Below, one piece after another: positions 29,101 through 38,770 of a DNA stretch of 64,000 nt. Source of the DNA: a virus (Duplodnaviria; Caudoviricetes); IMG/VR virus record IMGVR_UViG_2522125155_000001, positions 1 to 64,000 of that record; one strand, written 5' to 3'. Numbering within the stretch: the stretch's first letter is position 1; each line of letters begins with the position of its first letter. Position numbers and translations under genes: made by a program. The notes beneath the pieces were generated by a model. It did not search any database, had not been told where the DNA came from, and was given only the letters and a program-made list of their open reading frames with translations.

Positions 29101-31116
29101 CCTACGGGCTCCTACGTCTTCCCCGAGATCACCACCGCGTCCGGCGGCAAGGCAGGCACGTGGTGCCCCTCGTCCATGGCGATGGTGTACACCAGCGGTG
29201 GTCAGCGGATGGTCATGACCGGTGTCGGAACCGCCGCCGGGGGCTCCGGGGTCAACTACCTGCGCTCCTACGACGTCTCGACCCTCACAAGTGGTGGCAC
29301 CGTGGCTCCGGTCCAGAAGGCGAACCTCGCCTACGGGACGAACGACTACGGTCGGCAGTACCAGATCGGCCGGTGCTTCTCTCCGACAGGGACCAGCACG
29401 CTACAGTCGCAGATCGCCATGGCGGATCGAAACGCCGTGGCCAACACGCTCACCCTGCGGCGGTTCGACGTCAGCGAGACGACGTTCACGCAGCAGGGCT
29501 CGGACATCTCGGTGACCAACCCGCTCATCAAGGACGAGACACTCTCCGGGGTCGTCTACGGCTCGTCGGCGAAGATGTCCTTCCCGGGCACCGACCAGAA
29601 CATCTGGGTCGTGCTGGGCACGAAGAGCGCCTACGCCTTCACCGCTGCAGGTGCGCGGCTGCCTGCGTTCGACTTCCCCATGGGGCCGAACTGCGGGGTG
29701 TCCTGTGCGGCAGGGAGCACGGCTTCCGGGGCCAACGCCTTCCTCGGCTTCCGGGGGTACCAGTGGGGCTCCGACGGCGACGGGCTCGTCACGAAGTTCA
29801 CCAACATCCACTGGGCCAGCACCGACTCTCCGGTGTGGTGGGCGGGCTACTCGTGGTTCGACTCGGACCCGACCGGCACAGGCACCCACGAGACGCCTGT
29901 CTCGGTGCTCGCGTCCGTGACGATGAAGCAGCGTGCTCGGCTGACCGTGACGACGCCCCCACTGCCTGACCCGGCGACCGGACAGGGCACCGCGCGGGGA
30001 GTCGACGATGTCAACTCGTTCCGCATCTACATGCAGCGCGGGTCGGTCAAGCCCACCAACGCCACGCTGTGGAAGCAGGCCACGCAGCCCGCCGACCTCG
30101 CCACCTCGGTGACGCTCACAGCCATGCCGCAGTGGTCGGGCACCACCAACCCCCTGACGGCGTCGACCTTCCCTTCGTCGGCACCGGCGGTCATCCAGTC
30201 CACAGACCTCGGCAGCGACAGCAAGTCGAAGTTGATCGTGCGTGGCGACGGCTACCTTCACGGTGAGTCTCTCGACATCAATGGCACGGGTGCTACGGCT
30301 CTGTCGGGCAAGGCAGTCGACCAGTTGTACTACGTCGCTCGCGCGCAAGGCATGCTGTCCGGTGGTGGCAAGATCACCGTCAGTACCAGCGGCGAAGTCC
30401 GCTGGAGTTCCCGCCTGATCACCATCGGCCTAGGCCGAGGCCCGAACATCGCCACGGCCGGGTTCTTCGAGATCACCTGCCCCGCCACCGGCGTCGTCAT
30501 CCCCGGCGTTGGCGGCGCGGCCAACAAGACGGTCACGGCCAACGGCATCCCGCTCAACAGTTGGGAGAGCATCTACTACGTGCTCCCGTTCGGGAGTGCG
30601 AACACCAGCGTGGATGCCAACCTCCGCGTGGTCAACTACACGACCACCTTCACGGTGCCCAACGACTGGGTGCTCGTCGCCACGCGCGTCGCCGACTCCG
30701 GCACCATCGCGTTCAACAACGGGCGCATCGTCTCGCTCGGGTGCACGACGTGGGAGGACACCGGCTGGGTCGACTGCGCCGCCGCTCTGACCGAACAGCC
30801 CGGGTTCACGACGACGCTCGCGCGGTACCGCATCAAGGACGGGCTCGCCGAGATGTCGTGGGCGGGTTCGAACACCACCGCAGGGCGCGTCATCACCACC
30901 AGCGCCACCGGTGACGGTGCCAACATCGACGTCACCACCGGTTGGCCCACTGACATCCGCCCCTCCGGCTGGTCCCGGGGTCTCACGCCGTCCATCTCGG
31001 GTCCGCCCCTCGGGTACGCGATGACCGGAGCCGGAGTCCTGACGATCACGGGTGGGTTCCAGAACCAGACGCTCAGCGCCCTAAACCTGTCGGTCACCGG
31101 TTCGTGGTTCCTGTAG
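26134..31116 (+). CDS. Baseplate spike (gp5 OB-fold) fused to a long fibre/adhesin
   Basis: N-terminal YRGLV...DP...PNVGDTVYVTFEGGD; FN3-like segment; GDxW repeats; 1660 aa. Confidence 0.8.
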   Translation: MAKFDSTYRGLVVRTNDPQASARIVLRIPQVLGTAESAWARPSAFASGVPNVGDTVYVTFEGGDLAQPVYTPQTTIDSTTTPIPKPPTALDLTPATVVTAEGVTLVNLSAVWVAPTENQDGSVPVHLAGYVVYLSTDGVTYDSGDYVDSASWIRRALLPGRTYFVRVAAVNEMLQRSATTSAAQVTVAAATPPSDSVLGQQSTTLTNIQTTLTTQAGQLDGKAAVYVQDTQPHDSNDPKDKGDVWIDTANNRVIKTYNGSDWILSDDTRLAQAVTDITSKITTFYAVAASAPTATAIGDLWIITDQNNKIKRASAVGAANWVDVTPKYNTADLIDWQSINTGIQGKIDGKAETYVQSGDPSAGATPAWGTEHAGDIWINNGVTPRVIKTWVDGTTKWIEADSRVAQAVTDITKKTTTYYTTTGTPTVPTGGFTEGDLWVDNGVVPQQIKRWTSGAWAVLDVVSSTYLQSRATNIITNGSGLLGNNTNFSTGFTFDKTDAPTGAIGAFKTALGSNASLNTDEFITVDPTKRWQMSLQAKQKGSSTTATCYGAALPYDSVKGIIGPNNYMFIAGTTTTLAAPLNPGDTTITLTSSANWYGTSGKPAGTNTYNRAIIFWDYTDTLGKAWGTETFSRNVTAFDMWADGGITGNVITLRTPWAGTTKPSGTSLSNATSGGSYIYMTGFANTVVPQTWTTFSSTITGVVSGGAGASFAAGWPPGTAYAKLGFLPNRVLATGSADPNSQMSFGLISFSDAAAASADAAAADQKAVLAQQSANGKSTSKYSPNAPAATDANVLGDIWFQQDSNGNVIGQWLGGGGTGPSSYLWNQTQISSDVIANLDVGKLVAGKMNANIVVSGEFATDDPGKQRTVMGSDGIQQIAANGAILTDLPNDPNKMARFSGIINAFGVTVNDGLELRGTGNTFAMASVTSLASVTGASATAAGFTVDWERYDAGLSGPQGIYATAGFHQEVDAAGAFAAFGFYGYGKVITPTGSYVFPEITTASGGKAGTWCPSSMAMVYTSGGQRMVMTGVGTAAGGSGVNYLRSYDVSTLTSGGTVAPVQKANLAYGTNDYGRQYQIGRCFSPTGTSTLQSQIAMADRNAVANTLTLRRFDVSETTFTQQGSDISVTNPLIKDETLSGVVYGSSAKMSFPGTDQNIWVVLGTKSAYAFTAAGARLPAFDFPMGPNCGVSCAAGSTASGANAFLGFRGYQWGSDGDGLVTKFTNIHWASTDSPVWWAGYSWFDSDPTGTGTHETPVSVLASVTMKQRARLTVTTPPLPDPATGQGTARGVDDVNSFRIYMQRGSVKPTNATLWKQATQPADLATSVTLTAMPQWSGTTNPLTASTFPSSAPAVIQSTDLGSDSKSKLIVRGDGYLHGESLDINGTGATALSGKAVDQLYYVARAQGMLSGGGKITVSTSGEVRWSSRLITIGLGRGPNIATAGFFEITCPATGVVIPGVGGAANKTVTANGIPLNSWESIYYVLPFGSANTSVDANLRVVNYTTTFTVPNDWVLVATRVADSGTIAFNNGRIVSLGCTTWEDTGWVDCAAALTEQPGFTTTLARYRIKDGLAEMSWAGSNTTAGRVITTSATGDGANIDVTTGWPTDIRPSGWSRGLTPSISGPPLGYAMTGAGVLTITGGFQNQTLSALNLSVTGSWFL

Positions 31117-31164
31117 CACGTCAACCATCACAACTCAACCGGTTCCCCTGAGATAATCGGAGGC

Positions 31165-31584
31165 ATGCCCATCGAGATGTCTCACCCCTTCCGGATCTCC
31201 GCCAACGGCGGCGTCTCGACGACCCCGAACCCCGACGCGCAGATCGCGCAGAGGGTGAAGGCCCTGCTCTCCACCCAGCCCGGTGAACGCCGCGTCAACT
31301 ACGCCTTCGGCGTGCCGACCACCTCGATGCTCTTCGAGAACAAGACGGCTCTGACCGGCGGCATCCTCGCCGGGCAGGTGCGCGACACCCTCGCCGTCTT
31401 CGAGCCCGGAGTCGCCGTCGAGAACATCGACGTGACCCCTTCGGCCGACGACGCCGGGGGTGTCGACGTCGCCTTGGCGTACTCGCGCCGTGAGGCCGCG
31501 ACCACCGACGCCGGGCTGTCCCGGAACACCAACACTGCCGTCATCAGCATCGGCGGCACCGTCAGCGAGATTGTGAGGGGCTGA
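31165..31584 (+). CDS. Baseplate wedge gp25-like
   Basis: LLSTQPGER...FG...FEP. Confidence 0.88.
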   Translation: MPIEMSHPFRISANGGVSTTPNPDAQIAQRVKALLSTQPGERRVNYAFGVPTTSMLFENKTALTGGILAGQVRDTLAVFEPGVAVENIDVTPSADDAGGVDVALAYSRREAATTDAGLSRNTNTAVISIGGTVSEIVRG

Positions 31585-33074
31585 TGAGTTCAGTCCAAGC
31601 GACCATCGACTACACCTCGAAGGACTACGACGGCCTGAAGGCCTCGATGCTCGACTTCGCGGCGCAGGTCATCCCCGAGTGGCGTTCGCGCAGCGAGGGT
31701 GACTTCGGTGTCGCCCTCGTCGAACTGCTCGCCTACGAGGGCGACATCCTGTCGTACTACGGGGACCGGATTCAGGACGAGGCCTTCCTCAGCACCGCCA
31801 CCCGGCGCGAGAGCCTGCTACAACTCGCCGCGATGCTCGGCTACCAGCCCAGCAACGGCGTGAGCGCCACAGGCACCGTCACGCTGCAGTCCGCCAACCC
31901 CGGGCCCGCAGTCGTCGTCCCGGCTGGCACCGACGTGGTCACCGACTTCATCGCCGACATCGACGGTCGACTGGTCTTCGAGACCGACACGGCTGTCACG
32001 GTCCCGGCCAACGGCGGCACGGTGCAGGTCACGGTGACTGAGGGCGGGACGCGCTCCATGGTCTCTCTCGGAGCCTCCAACGGCCTGCCGAGCCAGTCCT
32101 TCCGCCTCCCCGAGACGGGCGTCCTGACGGGCTCTGTGCGCGTCTTCGTCGACCGCGCAGTGACGGCAACCGGCACCAACGTCGAGGAGTGGACGCAGGT
32201 CGACTTCCTCGTCGACTCCGACTCCACCAGCCGCACCTTCTCGGTCTCGGTGGACGCGGACGGGGCCTCCTCGATCCTCTTCGGCGACGGGACGGACGGC
32301 ATGGTGCCCAACACCGGCCTCAACGTCTACGCCACCTACAAGACGACCAGCGGCAGCGCTGGCAACCTCAGCGCCGGGAACCTCATCTCCGTCGACAGCC
32401 CCAGCCTCGCGGGCGTCTACGTCGCGCAGGACACCAACGGGGCGTACCTCTCCACCGCCACCGCCGGTGGCGCTGACCCCGAGACGAACGACCAGATCCG
32501 CGCCAACGCCCCGCGCGCCTTCCGGTCCCAGCGCCGACTGGTCACCCTGAAGGACTTCGCCGACGCAGCCATCGCTGTGCCCGGCGTGCTGCGCGCCAAC
32601 GCCTCCGCCGGGGCGTTCTCCTCGGTCTCCGTGTGGATCGTCGGCGCGAGCGGGGGACAGCCCACCACGGACCTGATCAACCGCGTGCAGGCCAACCTCA
32701 ACAGCAAGGTCCTCGCGGGCGTCACCCCGACCGTGGGCACCCCCACCTTCGTCAAGGTCAACGTCGGCGCAGCCGGGGCCAACGCCTTGGTCGTCAAGGT
32801 CTACGACAACGTCAAGCAGGGCGTCGTCAAGGCCAACGTCGAGACGGCCATCCGCAGCCTGCTCGCCCTCGCCAACGTCGACTTTGCACAGCGGCTCACG
32901 GTCTCCGACTTCTACTCGGCGATCATGTCCGTCCCCGGCGTCCAGTACGTCGTCATCCCCATGATCGCGCGCAGCGACTCCGCCCAGACGGGAACGGCCG
33001 ACATCGTCTGCCGCGACTGGGAGATCCCCACCCTCGGCAACCTCGTCGTCACCGCAACCGGAGGCATCCTCTGA
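31584..33074 (+). CDS. Baseplate J/gp6-like protein
   Basis: IDYTSKDY, EAFLSTATRRES, GGADPET, RLVTLKDF. Confidence 0.92.
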   Translation: MSSVQATIDYTSKDYDGLKASMLDFAAQVIPEWRSRSEGDFGVALVELLAYEGDILSYYGDRIQDEAFLSTATRRESLLQLAAMLGYQPSNGVSATGTVTLQSANPGPAVVVPAGTDVVTDFIADIDGRLVFETDTAVTVPANGGTVQVTVTEGGTRSMVSLGASNGLPSQSFRLPETGVLTGSVRVFVDRAVTATGTNVEEWTQVDFLVDSDSTSRTFSVSVDADGASSILFGDGTDGMVPNTGLNVYATYKTTSGSAGNLSAGNLISVDSPSLAGVYVAQDTNGAYLSTATAGGADPETNDQIRANAPRAFRSQRRLVTLKDFADAAIAVPGVLRANASAGAFSSVSVWIVGASGGQPTTDLINRVQANLNSKVLAGVTPTVGTPTFVKVNVGAAGANALVVKVYDNVKQGVVKANVETAIRSLLALANVDFAQRLTVSDFYSAIMSVPGVQYVVIPMIARSDSAQTGTADIVCRDWEIPTLGNLVVTATGGIL

Positions 33075-33730
33075 TGGCCACTTACCCCCTCGCCGTGAAG
33101 ACCTTCACGCAGAAGCGCAACCTGCTCGACGACGTCGATGCCGGGCACATCAACGACATCCAGTCCGAGATCGTGGCCCTCCAGAACGCGCTCGGCACGA
33201 GCCCGGGCAAGGACAAGGTCACCGGGGCCACCTACGCCACGGTCGACGCGCGCATCAGCGCTGTCCGGGGAGGGACGCACACCGACGCGTTCTACCTCGC
33301 CCAGACCCTCGACACGAACACCTTCACGGCCTCCAACACCACCGCGTACAACGTCCCGCTCGGCAACAAGTGGTTCGACTACGCCGGTGGCTCGAACGGC
33401 ACCGGCTACACGATCAAGGAGAGCGGGCTCTACCAGATCAACGCAGGCCTCTCCTTCGGCAGCGTCGCGATCCGTGGCAGCCGCCACATGTACGTGCGCC
33501 GCTACCCGGGCGGTGGCTCGTCCTACTCGACCTTCGTCACCGACTCCTTCACCATTCAGGTCAAGGACGGCCGGTGGACCAACGGTCGGCGCAACGCCTC
33601 GATCCTGTACCCGCTCAACAAGGGCGACAAGATCGCCCTCTGGTGCCAGTTGGAGAACGACACCCCCGACACCGGCAAGTTCCCCGTCCGCTGGGGTCGT
33701 CTCAACGGCTACAAGGTGAGGGACCTCTGA
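33074..33730 (+). CDS. Minor tail protein (C1q-like C-terminus)
   Basis: VDAGHINDIQSEI; SGLYQI...LNKGDKI jelly-roll pattern. Confidence 0.65.
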   Translation: MATYPLAVKTFTQKRNLLDDVDAGHINDIQSEIVALQNALGTSPGKDKVTGATYATVDARISAVRGGTHTDAFYLAQTLDTNTFTASNTTAYNVPLGNKWFDYAGGSNGTGYTIKESGLYQINAGLSFGSVAIRGSRHMYVRRYPGGGSSYSTFVTDSFTIQVKDGRWTNGRRNASILYPLNKGDKIALWCQLENDTPDTGKFPVRWGRLNGYKVRDL

Positions 33731-33731
33731 C

Positions 33732-35687
33732 GTGGCGACCTACGGGATCTCCCTCTACGGGCGGTCGAAGTACGGGCCCACCACGAGCATCTGGGTCGAC
33801 TACCTCGTCGAGCCCTTCATCGCCGAGGCCACGGACTACAGCACCATCAGCCTCTCGTGGCGCAGCCCGAAGGGCGACTGGACCGCGTTCCGGCTGGTGA
33901 AGAACTTCAAGGGCTTCCCCTCCTCGGAGAAGGACGGCACGATCCTCTTCGAGAGCACCTCGGCCCGCTCGTCGTTCCTCGACACCAACGTCACGCCCGG
34001 CGCGTGGCACTACTACTCCATCTGGGTCAAGTCCGGTGCCGGTGTGTGGCAGCCGTCGGCGCAGGCCTGCGCCCTCATGCTGGAGGACCACGGCTACGCC
34101 CAGCGGCTCTTCGACTCCCTGCCGAAGTACCACCAACTCACGCAGGGCCTCACCGACAACGCGGAGGAGGCCGAGAACGACGACCTCCGCCGCTTCCTCA
34201 CCGTGCTCGGCATGGGCTTGGACTACGCCAAGACCTACTACAAGAGCCTGCTCTTCGTGAACGACCCGCTGCGCAACCGCGTGTCCCAGTTGGCCTCTCT
34301 CGCAGACCAGTTCGGCATCTCCTTCTCTCCGGCTTCGCCGTCGGGGCTCTTCCGCAAGCGGGTGCTCAACGCGGGCACGCTCGCGCGCGAGAAGGGCACC
34401 TACGAGGGCATCCGCAACATCCTCACCCTCGCCACCGGGTGGGACGTTGACGTGTACACCGGCTCCAACCTGATGCTCCACGAGGACGCCGCCTCCTTCA
34501 TCCACCCCACCTACGCCACGTGGGATCCGGCCGTGAACTACCCTGCGGGAGAGCGGGTTTCGTTCAACGGCTTCCTGTACGCGGCCAAGACGGGAGGGGC
34601 CTACGGGGACCCGCAGAAGCCCTCCGGCACCACCGCGACCAACACGTGGTGGACCAACGTCTCGAACCTCGCGGACACCACCCTGAAGGCAGCCGACGGC
34701 TCGGTCGCCGGGTGGTCGCCCGTCTCCTTCACCGCTGGTGTCAACCCGCCCACCGATCAGGTGGCGCTCGGCGTCGGGGTGCAGTCTCCGACCGACCCGA
34801 CGGTCAACTACGCCAACACCCTGCTCATCCGCAACACCGCAGCCACGACGGCTGACCTCGGCGCGCGCTCGGCCGGAGGGGACCTCAGCGACCCCGCCAC
34901 GGCCATCCAGCGCGGTGTGCCGCTGCCGCGTCCGCTGCCGTGGGACGCGACCGTCGAGTACGGCATCGGCGACTACGTCACCTACAGCAGCCGCGCCTAC
35001 GTCGCGGCCAGCGAGAGCCAGAACGTCACGCCCGGCACGAACACCCGAGACTGGGTCATGGTGTCGGACCCCGACGGTCGCACGCAGGTCACGGTGAGCC
35101 TGCACGCCAAGGGGATCGACGCTGCCTCGCAGGGCCGCACGGTCTACCCGGTGCTCGACGTCTTCGACGACCACGGGGCTCTCATCACGACTGTCGACGG
35201 GTCGAAGGACACCACGGCGCTGAAGTACGACTCCTTCCGCAGCAACGCGCCCGGGGTCACCACCACCCTCAGCGGTGCGGCACCCGAGTACGGCACCGGC
35301 ACGTGGAGCGTGTCCGGCCAGTGCTTCGAGACCGGCGGCGTCGGGGCGGTGCTCCCCAAGGGCTCGCTCGTGGTCCTCATCGGCACGGCTGACGGTGTGG
35401 TCTCGACGACCTTCGAGAAGCAGTCCCCCGGGCTCACGCAGGGCCTCATCCTGCGCTACGCGTCGATCAACGCCTACCTGCTCGCCACGCGAGTGGGGCT
35501 CTTCAGCGTCTCGACTGGCACCCCCACCCTCATCGCCAACTACAGCACGCCGTTCGCTGACGGGGAGCGCATCTACGTCACCCTGTCGGGCGCGAACATC
35601 ACGGTGAAGAAGGGAACGACGACGGTCCTGACGACGTCCTCGACCTTCAACCAGACGTCCACCTACCACGGGATCTCGGTGTCATGA
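33732..35687 (+). CDS. Baseplate wedge (P2 I/gp7-like) with carbohydrate-binding modules
   Basis: LRRFL...REKGTYEGI; two W...Y..G..V CBM5/12-like repeats. Confidence 0.75.
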   Translation: MATYGISLYGRSKYGPTTSIWVDYLVEPFIAEATDYSTISLSWRSPKGDWTAFRLVKNFKGFPSSEKDGTILFESTSARSSFLDTNVTPGAWHYYSIWVKSGAGVWQPSAQACALMLEDHGYAQRLFDSLPKYHQLTQGLTDNAEEAENDDLRRFLTVLGMGLDYAKTYYKSLLFVNDPLRNRVSQLASLADQFGISFSPASPSGLFRKRVLNAGTLAREKGTYEGIRNILTLATGWDVDVYTGSNLMLHEDAASFIHPTYATWDPAVNYPAGERVSFNGFLYAAKTGGAYGDPQKPSGTTATNTWWTNVSNLADTTLKAADGSVAGWSPVSFTAGVNPPTDQVALGVGVQSPTDPTVNYANTLLIRNTAATTADLGARSAGGDLSDPATAIQRGVPLPRPLPWDATVEYGIGDYVTYSSRAYVAASESQNVTPGTNTRDWVMVSDPDGRTQVTVSLHAKGIDAASQGRTVYPVLDVFDDHGALITTVDGSKDTTALKYDSFRSNAPGVTTTLSGAAPEYGTGTWSVSGQCFETGGVGAVLPKGSLVVLIGTADGVVSTTFEKQSPGLTQGLILRYASINAYLLATRVGLFSVSTGTPTLIANYSTPFADGERIYVTLSGANITVKKGTTTVLTTSSTFNQTSTYHGISVS

Positions 35688-36946
35688 CCTCCTACGGCTT
35701 CGACAAGAACTTCGCTCCCAACACCACCGCCCTCGGTGTCGAGGACAAGGTCACCGGCTGGATAGCCCGGACGATCCGCTACGCCCCGGATGGCTCCATC
35801 GACCCGACCGTCATCCTCACCGGTGGCGTCGTCGGGCACGCCAGCGACAAGTACGCCCTCAACACTCCGGCGCTCAGCACCACGGTGCTCCCGGGTGGGG
35901 TCAAGGGCTCGGTCGACGCCGGGGCCGTCTTCACCGACTTCGCCCACTACAGCCTCGCGAGCACGCTGGATCCCAACGCCGTCCTCGTGAAGGCGAAGAC
36001 CTCCGGCGCTGCGTACGACGGCGCTGCCACCGGTGGCTTCCGACGCGTCAGCATGAGCCTGACGGTCCCGAACGACTCCAACTCCCAGCGGCGGGCGGCG
36101 TACGTCGCACCGGGTGTCCGCATCGCAGGCATGGCCCAGAACAACGGCGTCAACATCGACTCCGTGCAGGTCGAGGTCGCGCAGGCTGGAGCCACGACAC
36201 CGACGACCTACGCCCCCGCGCGCTCCCTGCAGGTCGGGGTGCGTCCGAACCGGCTGAACTGGGGCTGGACGAAGGGCTCCACGGGGTGGTCACTCGTGGC
36301 CCCCAGTGGCGGCGCATGGTCCGGCGCTGCCCCGACCGTCATCTCCTCAGGCGCTCCTGACGACAACGGCGCGTTCCTGCGCGGCACCATCAGCACGGCC
36401 AGCACATTGGCGAGCGGAGGCTTCGGCTTCGGCTCCTCGGGGACGGACCTGCTCCCCGTGCTCGCGGGCGTGCCGTGGTCCGTCCGTGCCCTCGTCCGCT
36501 CCTCCGCCGCTATCGGGGTCAACGCGCTCGTGCGCTGGTACAACCAGTCGGGCGCGCAGATCGGTGGCAACACGGCGAGCGTCACCAAGACGCTGGTGGC
36601 GAACACGTGGACCGAGTTCCGGTTCGACGGGCTCGTCCCGCCGAGCGGGGCCACCCGCGCGTTCGTGACGTACTACTCCGTCACGGGCCCGAACTGGGCC
36701 ATCGGCGACACCATGGACCTCGCCGGGATGCTCATCGAGCAGGCAGTCAAGGCAGGCACCTACTTCGACGGCCTGAGCGGAGCCGACTACCTCTTCGAGC
36801 AGGGCGGCGCTGCCCCGGGCGCGCGGTCCTACTACTACGAGGACTACGCCGTTCGGTCTTACCTTCTGAAGCAGGTACTGGCGGAGAATTGCCCTCTGGG
36901 AGTCATTCCCGCTGTGCCGCAGTTCGCGGTTCAGCCGCGTTTCTGA
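35684..36946 (+). CDS. Minor tail protein with CBM-like domain
   Basis: Beta-rich, YFDG motif, synteny. Confidence 0.65.
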   Translation: MTSYGFDKNFAPNTTALGVEDKVTGWIARTIRYAPDGSIDPTVILTGGVVGHASDKYALNTPALSTTVLPGGVKGSVDAGAVFTDFAHYSLASTLDPNAVLVKAKTSGAAYDGAATGGFRRVSMSLTVPNDSNSQRRAAYVAPGVRIAGMAQNNGVNIDSVQVEVAQAGATTPTTYAPARSLQVGVRPNRLNWGWTKGSTGWSLVAPSGGAWSGAAPTVISSGAPDDNGAFLRGTISTASTLASGGFGFGSSGTDLLPVLAGVPWSVRALVRSSAAIGVNALVRWYNQSGAQIGGNTASVTKTLVANTWTEFRFDGLVPPSGATRAFVTYYSVTGPNWAIGDTMDLAGMLIEQAVKAGTYFDGLSGADYLFEQGGAAPGARSYYYEDYAVRSYLLKQVLAENCPLGVIPAVPQFAVQPRF

Positions 36947-36958
36947 AAGCAGGCCCGA

Positions 36959-37201
36959 ATGCTCGCTGAGTACCTTCAGTCCGTCATCCGTTCCGTCGTC
37001 CCGGTCGCAGTCGCCGCTGTGGTCTCCTTCGGCCTCCGCTACGGGGTCCACCTCGACGAGGGTGCCACGGCCGACCTCCTCGGTGCCCTCGTGGGTAGCG
37101 GCTACTACGCGCTCGTGCGCTGGGCCGAGGAGAAGTTCCCCAACCTCGGCTGGCTCCTCGGCAAGCCGGGCACGCCGTCGTACGGGAGTGCCGGGGACTG
37201 A
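36959..37201 (+). CDS. Holin-like membrane protein
   Basis: Two TM segments; IRSVVP, YYALVRWAE...GWLLG. Confidence 0.7.
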   Translation: MLAEYLQSVIRSVVPVAVAAVVSFGLRYGVHLDEGATADLLGALVGSGYYALVRWAEEKFPNLGWLLGKPGTPSYGSAGD

Positions 37202-37437
37202 TGTTCCACTTCGCGCTGCTCGCCCTCTCGGTCTTCCTCGTCTACGAGATCGGGAGGGCGAGCCTGCCCGACCGCGTGCCGGGCATCGTCCACGCTCTGG
37301 GCCTCCCGGTGATCGCCCTGCTGCTCAACCGGTACGCCTCCGAGGAGATCCTCATGGCGGTCGCCGCCGCCTCCGTCGCTGCCGTCATCGACCGCATCAT
37401 CGTCGGCAGTTCGCGCACCATTTCGCGCGTCAGGTAG
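37201..37437 (+). CDS. Small multi-TM membrane protein
   Basis: Three hydrophobic segments, TGATG coupling. Confidence 0.7.
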   Translation: MFHFALLALSVFLVYEIGRASLPDRVPGIVHALGLPVIALLLNRYASEEILMAVAAASVAAVIDRIIVGSSRTISRVR

Positions 37438-37444
37438 CAACTAC

Positions 37445-37473
37445 TTGAGCCGATCCGATTGACAGGCTATGCT
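37445..37473 (+). promoter_or_regulatory. SigA/HrdB-like promoter overlapped by the dyad motif
   Basis: TTGAGC-17nt-TATGCT. Confidence 0.7.
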
Positions 37474-37519
37474 TGTCGAGGAGCGAAACCCGCTCCAAAA
37501 TCGACCAAGGAGCATTGAT

Positions 37520-38770
37520 TTGAGCAAGAAGACCATCGCCATCGCGTTCGTCGGCAGCGCCCCGGTGCGACCCCTCGCCATCCGCTCGGCCCTGAACGAC
37601 TGGCTCGGCTTCGGCGAGCCCGACGCGGACGGCCTCTTCGAGGAGTCGGCGAAGTACGACGTCAGCCTGCTCTTCCCCGCCGGTCCGGACCACTGGAACC
37701 CGGCGCTGGAGGAGGTCTGGAAGTGGTCCGCCATGGCGAACCTCGAATACGACCTCGTCCTCGACAAGCACGGCAAGGACGACGACTCGCTGGAGTTCGT
37801 CGTCGAGGACGCCGAGCAGGTCATCGAGGTGACCAACGTCAGCAAGGCGCTCGTCGACAACCTCGACAAGACCGACGCGGACGAGAAGTTCATCGTCGCG
37901 CTGTGGGGCGAGGAGGGCGACGACGAGGCCGACTCCGTCCTGACCTTCTCCGAGGCAGCCGGGATCCCCGCCAAGGACCTGTCCGCCGCGCTCGACGACC
38001 TCGTCTACGGCGACCCCGAGGAGGACGAGCCCGAGGTTCAGCCCGAGCCGGACCCGGAGCCCGTGCCGGAGGAGCGCCCTCGCCGAGGTCGTCGCGGTGC
38101 CAAGGCCGAGGAGAAGGCCGAGGAGCCCGCCGCTGAGGAGGCTCCGCGCCGTCGCCGTGGTGCCAAGCCGGAGCCGGTCGCCGAGGAGCAGGCGCTCGAC
38201 GAGGACGAGGAGACCCTCGACGACGAGCCCGTGGCTGCCCCGGAGCCGGTCAAGGAGGAGAAGCCCAAGACCACGCGCAAGGCCAAGGAGAAGGCTCCCG
38301 AGCCGGAGCCCGTCAAGGACGAGCCGGTGGCCGAGGAGAAGTCGTGGGGCGAGGCCGGTGCCGGTCACGTCGCCAAGGCCGACATCCCGCCGGTCGTCTG
38401 GGAGGCGCTGCAGAAGGCGCGTCGCTACATCGACCACATCGACGTCGGCACCGCGATCAAGAACGACGCGGCCGAGACGATCTCCTCGCCCCTCGCACTG
38501 CTCCTCGGCAAGGCGCTGTCCGCGCTGGAGAACATCCAGAACGGCGAGCCCACCACCACGGAGCCGGTCAGCGTCGAGGAGAACGCCGAGGAGCCCAAGC
38601 GCCGGGGTCGCCCGCGCACCAAGGCCGAGGTGTTCCCCTACCTGCACAACGAGGCGGAGGGCACCTACCGCAAGGCCGGTCGTGGCCGTCCCCGCCGTGG
38701 CGAGACCCGCGTCGAGTTGACGCAGGAGCAGGTCGACGATCTCACCAAGCAGGAACTCATCGAGGACTGA
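37520..38770 (+). CDS. Acidic protein with AT-hook-like RGRP motifs
   Basis: TTG start after AAGGAG; RRGRPR and GRGRPRRG. Confidence 0.75.
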   Translation: MSKKTIAIAFVGSAPVRPLAIRSALNDWLGFGEPDADGLFEESAKYDVSLLFPAGPDHWNPALEEVWKWSAMANLEYDLVLDKHGKDDDSLEFVVEDAEQVIEVTNVSKALVDNLDKTDADEKFIVALWGEEGDDEADSVLTFSEAAGIPAKDLSAALDDLVYGDPEEDEPEVQPEPDPEPVPEERPRRGRRGAKAEEKAEEPAAEEAPRRRRGAKPEPVAEEQALDEDEETLDDEPVAAPEPVKEEKPKTTRKAKEKAPEPEPVKDEPVAEEKSWGEAGAGHVAKADIPPVVWEALQKARRYIDHIDVGTAIKNDAAETISSPLALLLGKALSALENIQNGEPTTTEPVSVEENAEEPKRRGRPRTKAEVFPYLHNEAEGTYRKAGRGRPRRGETRVELTQEQVDDLTKQELIED

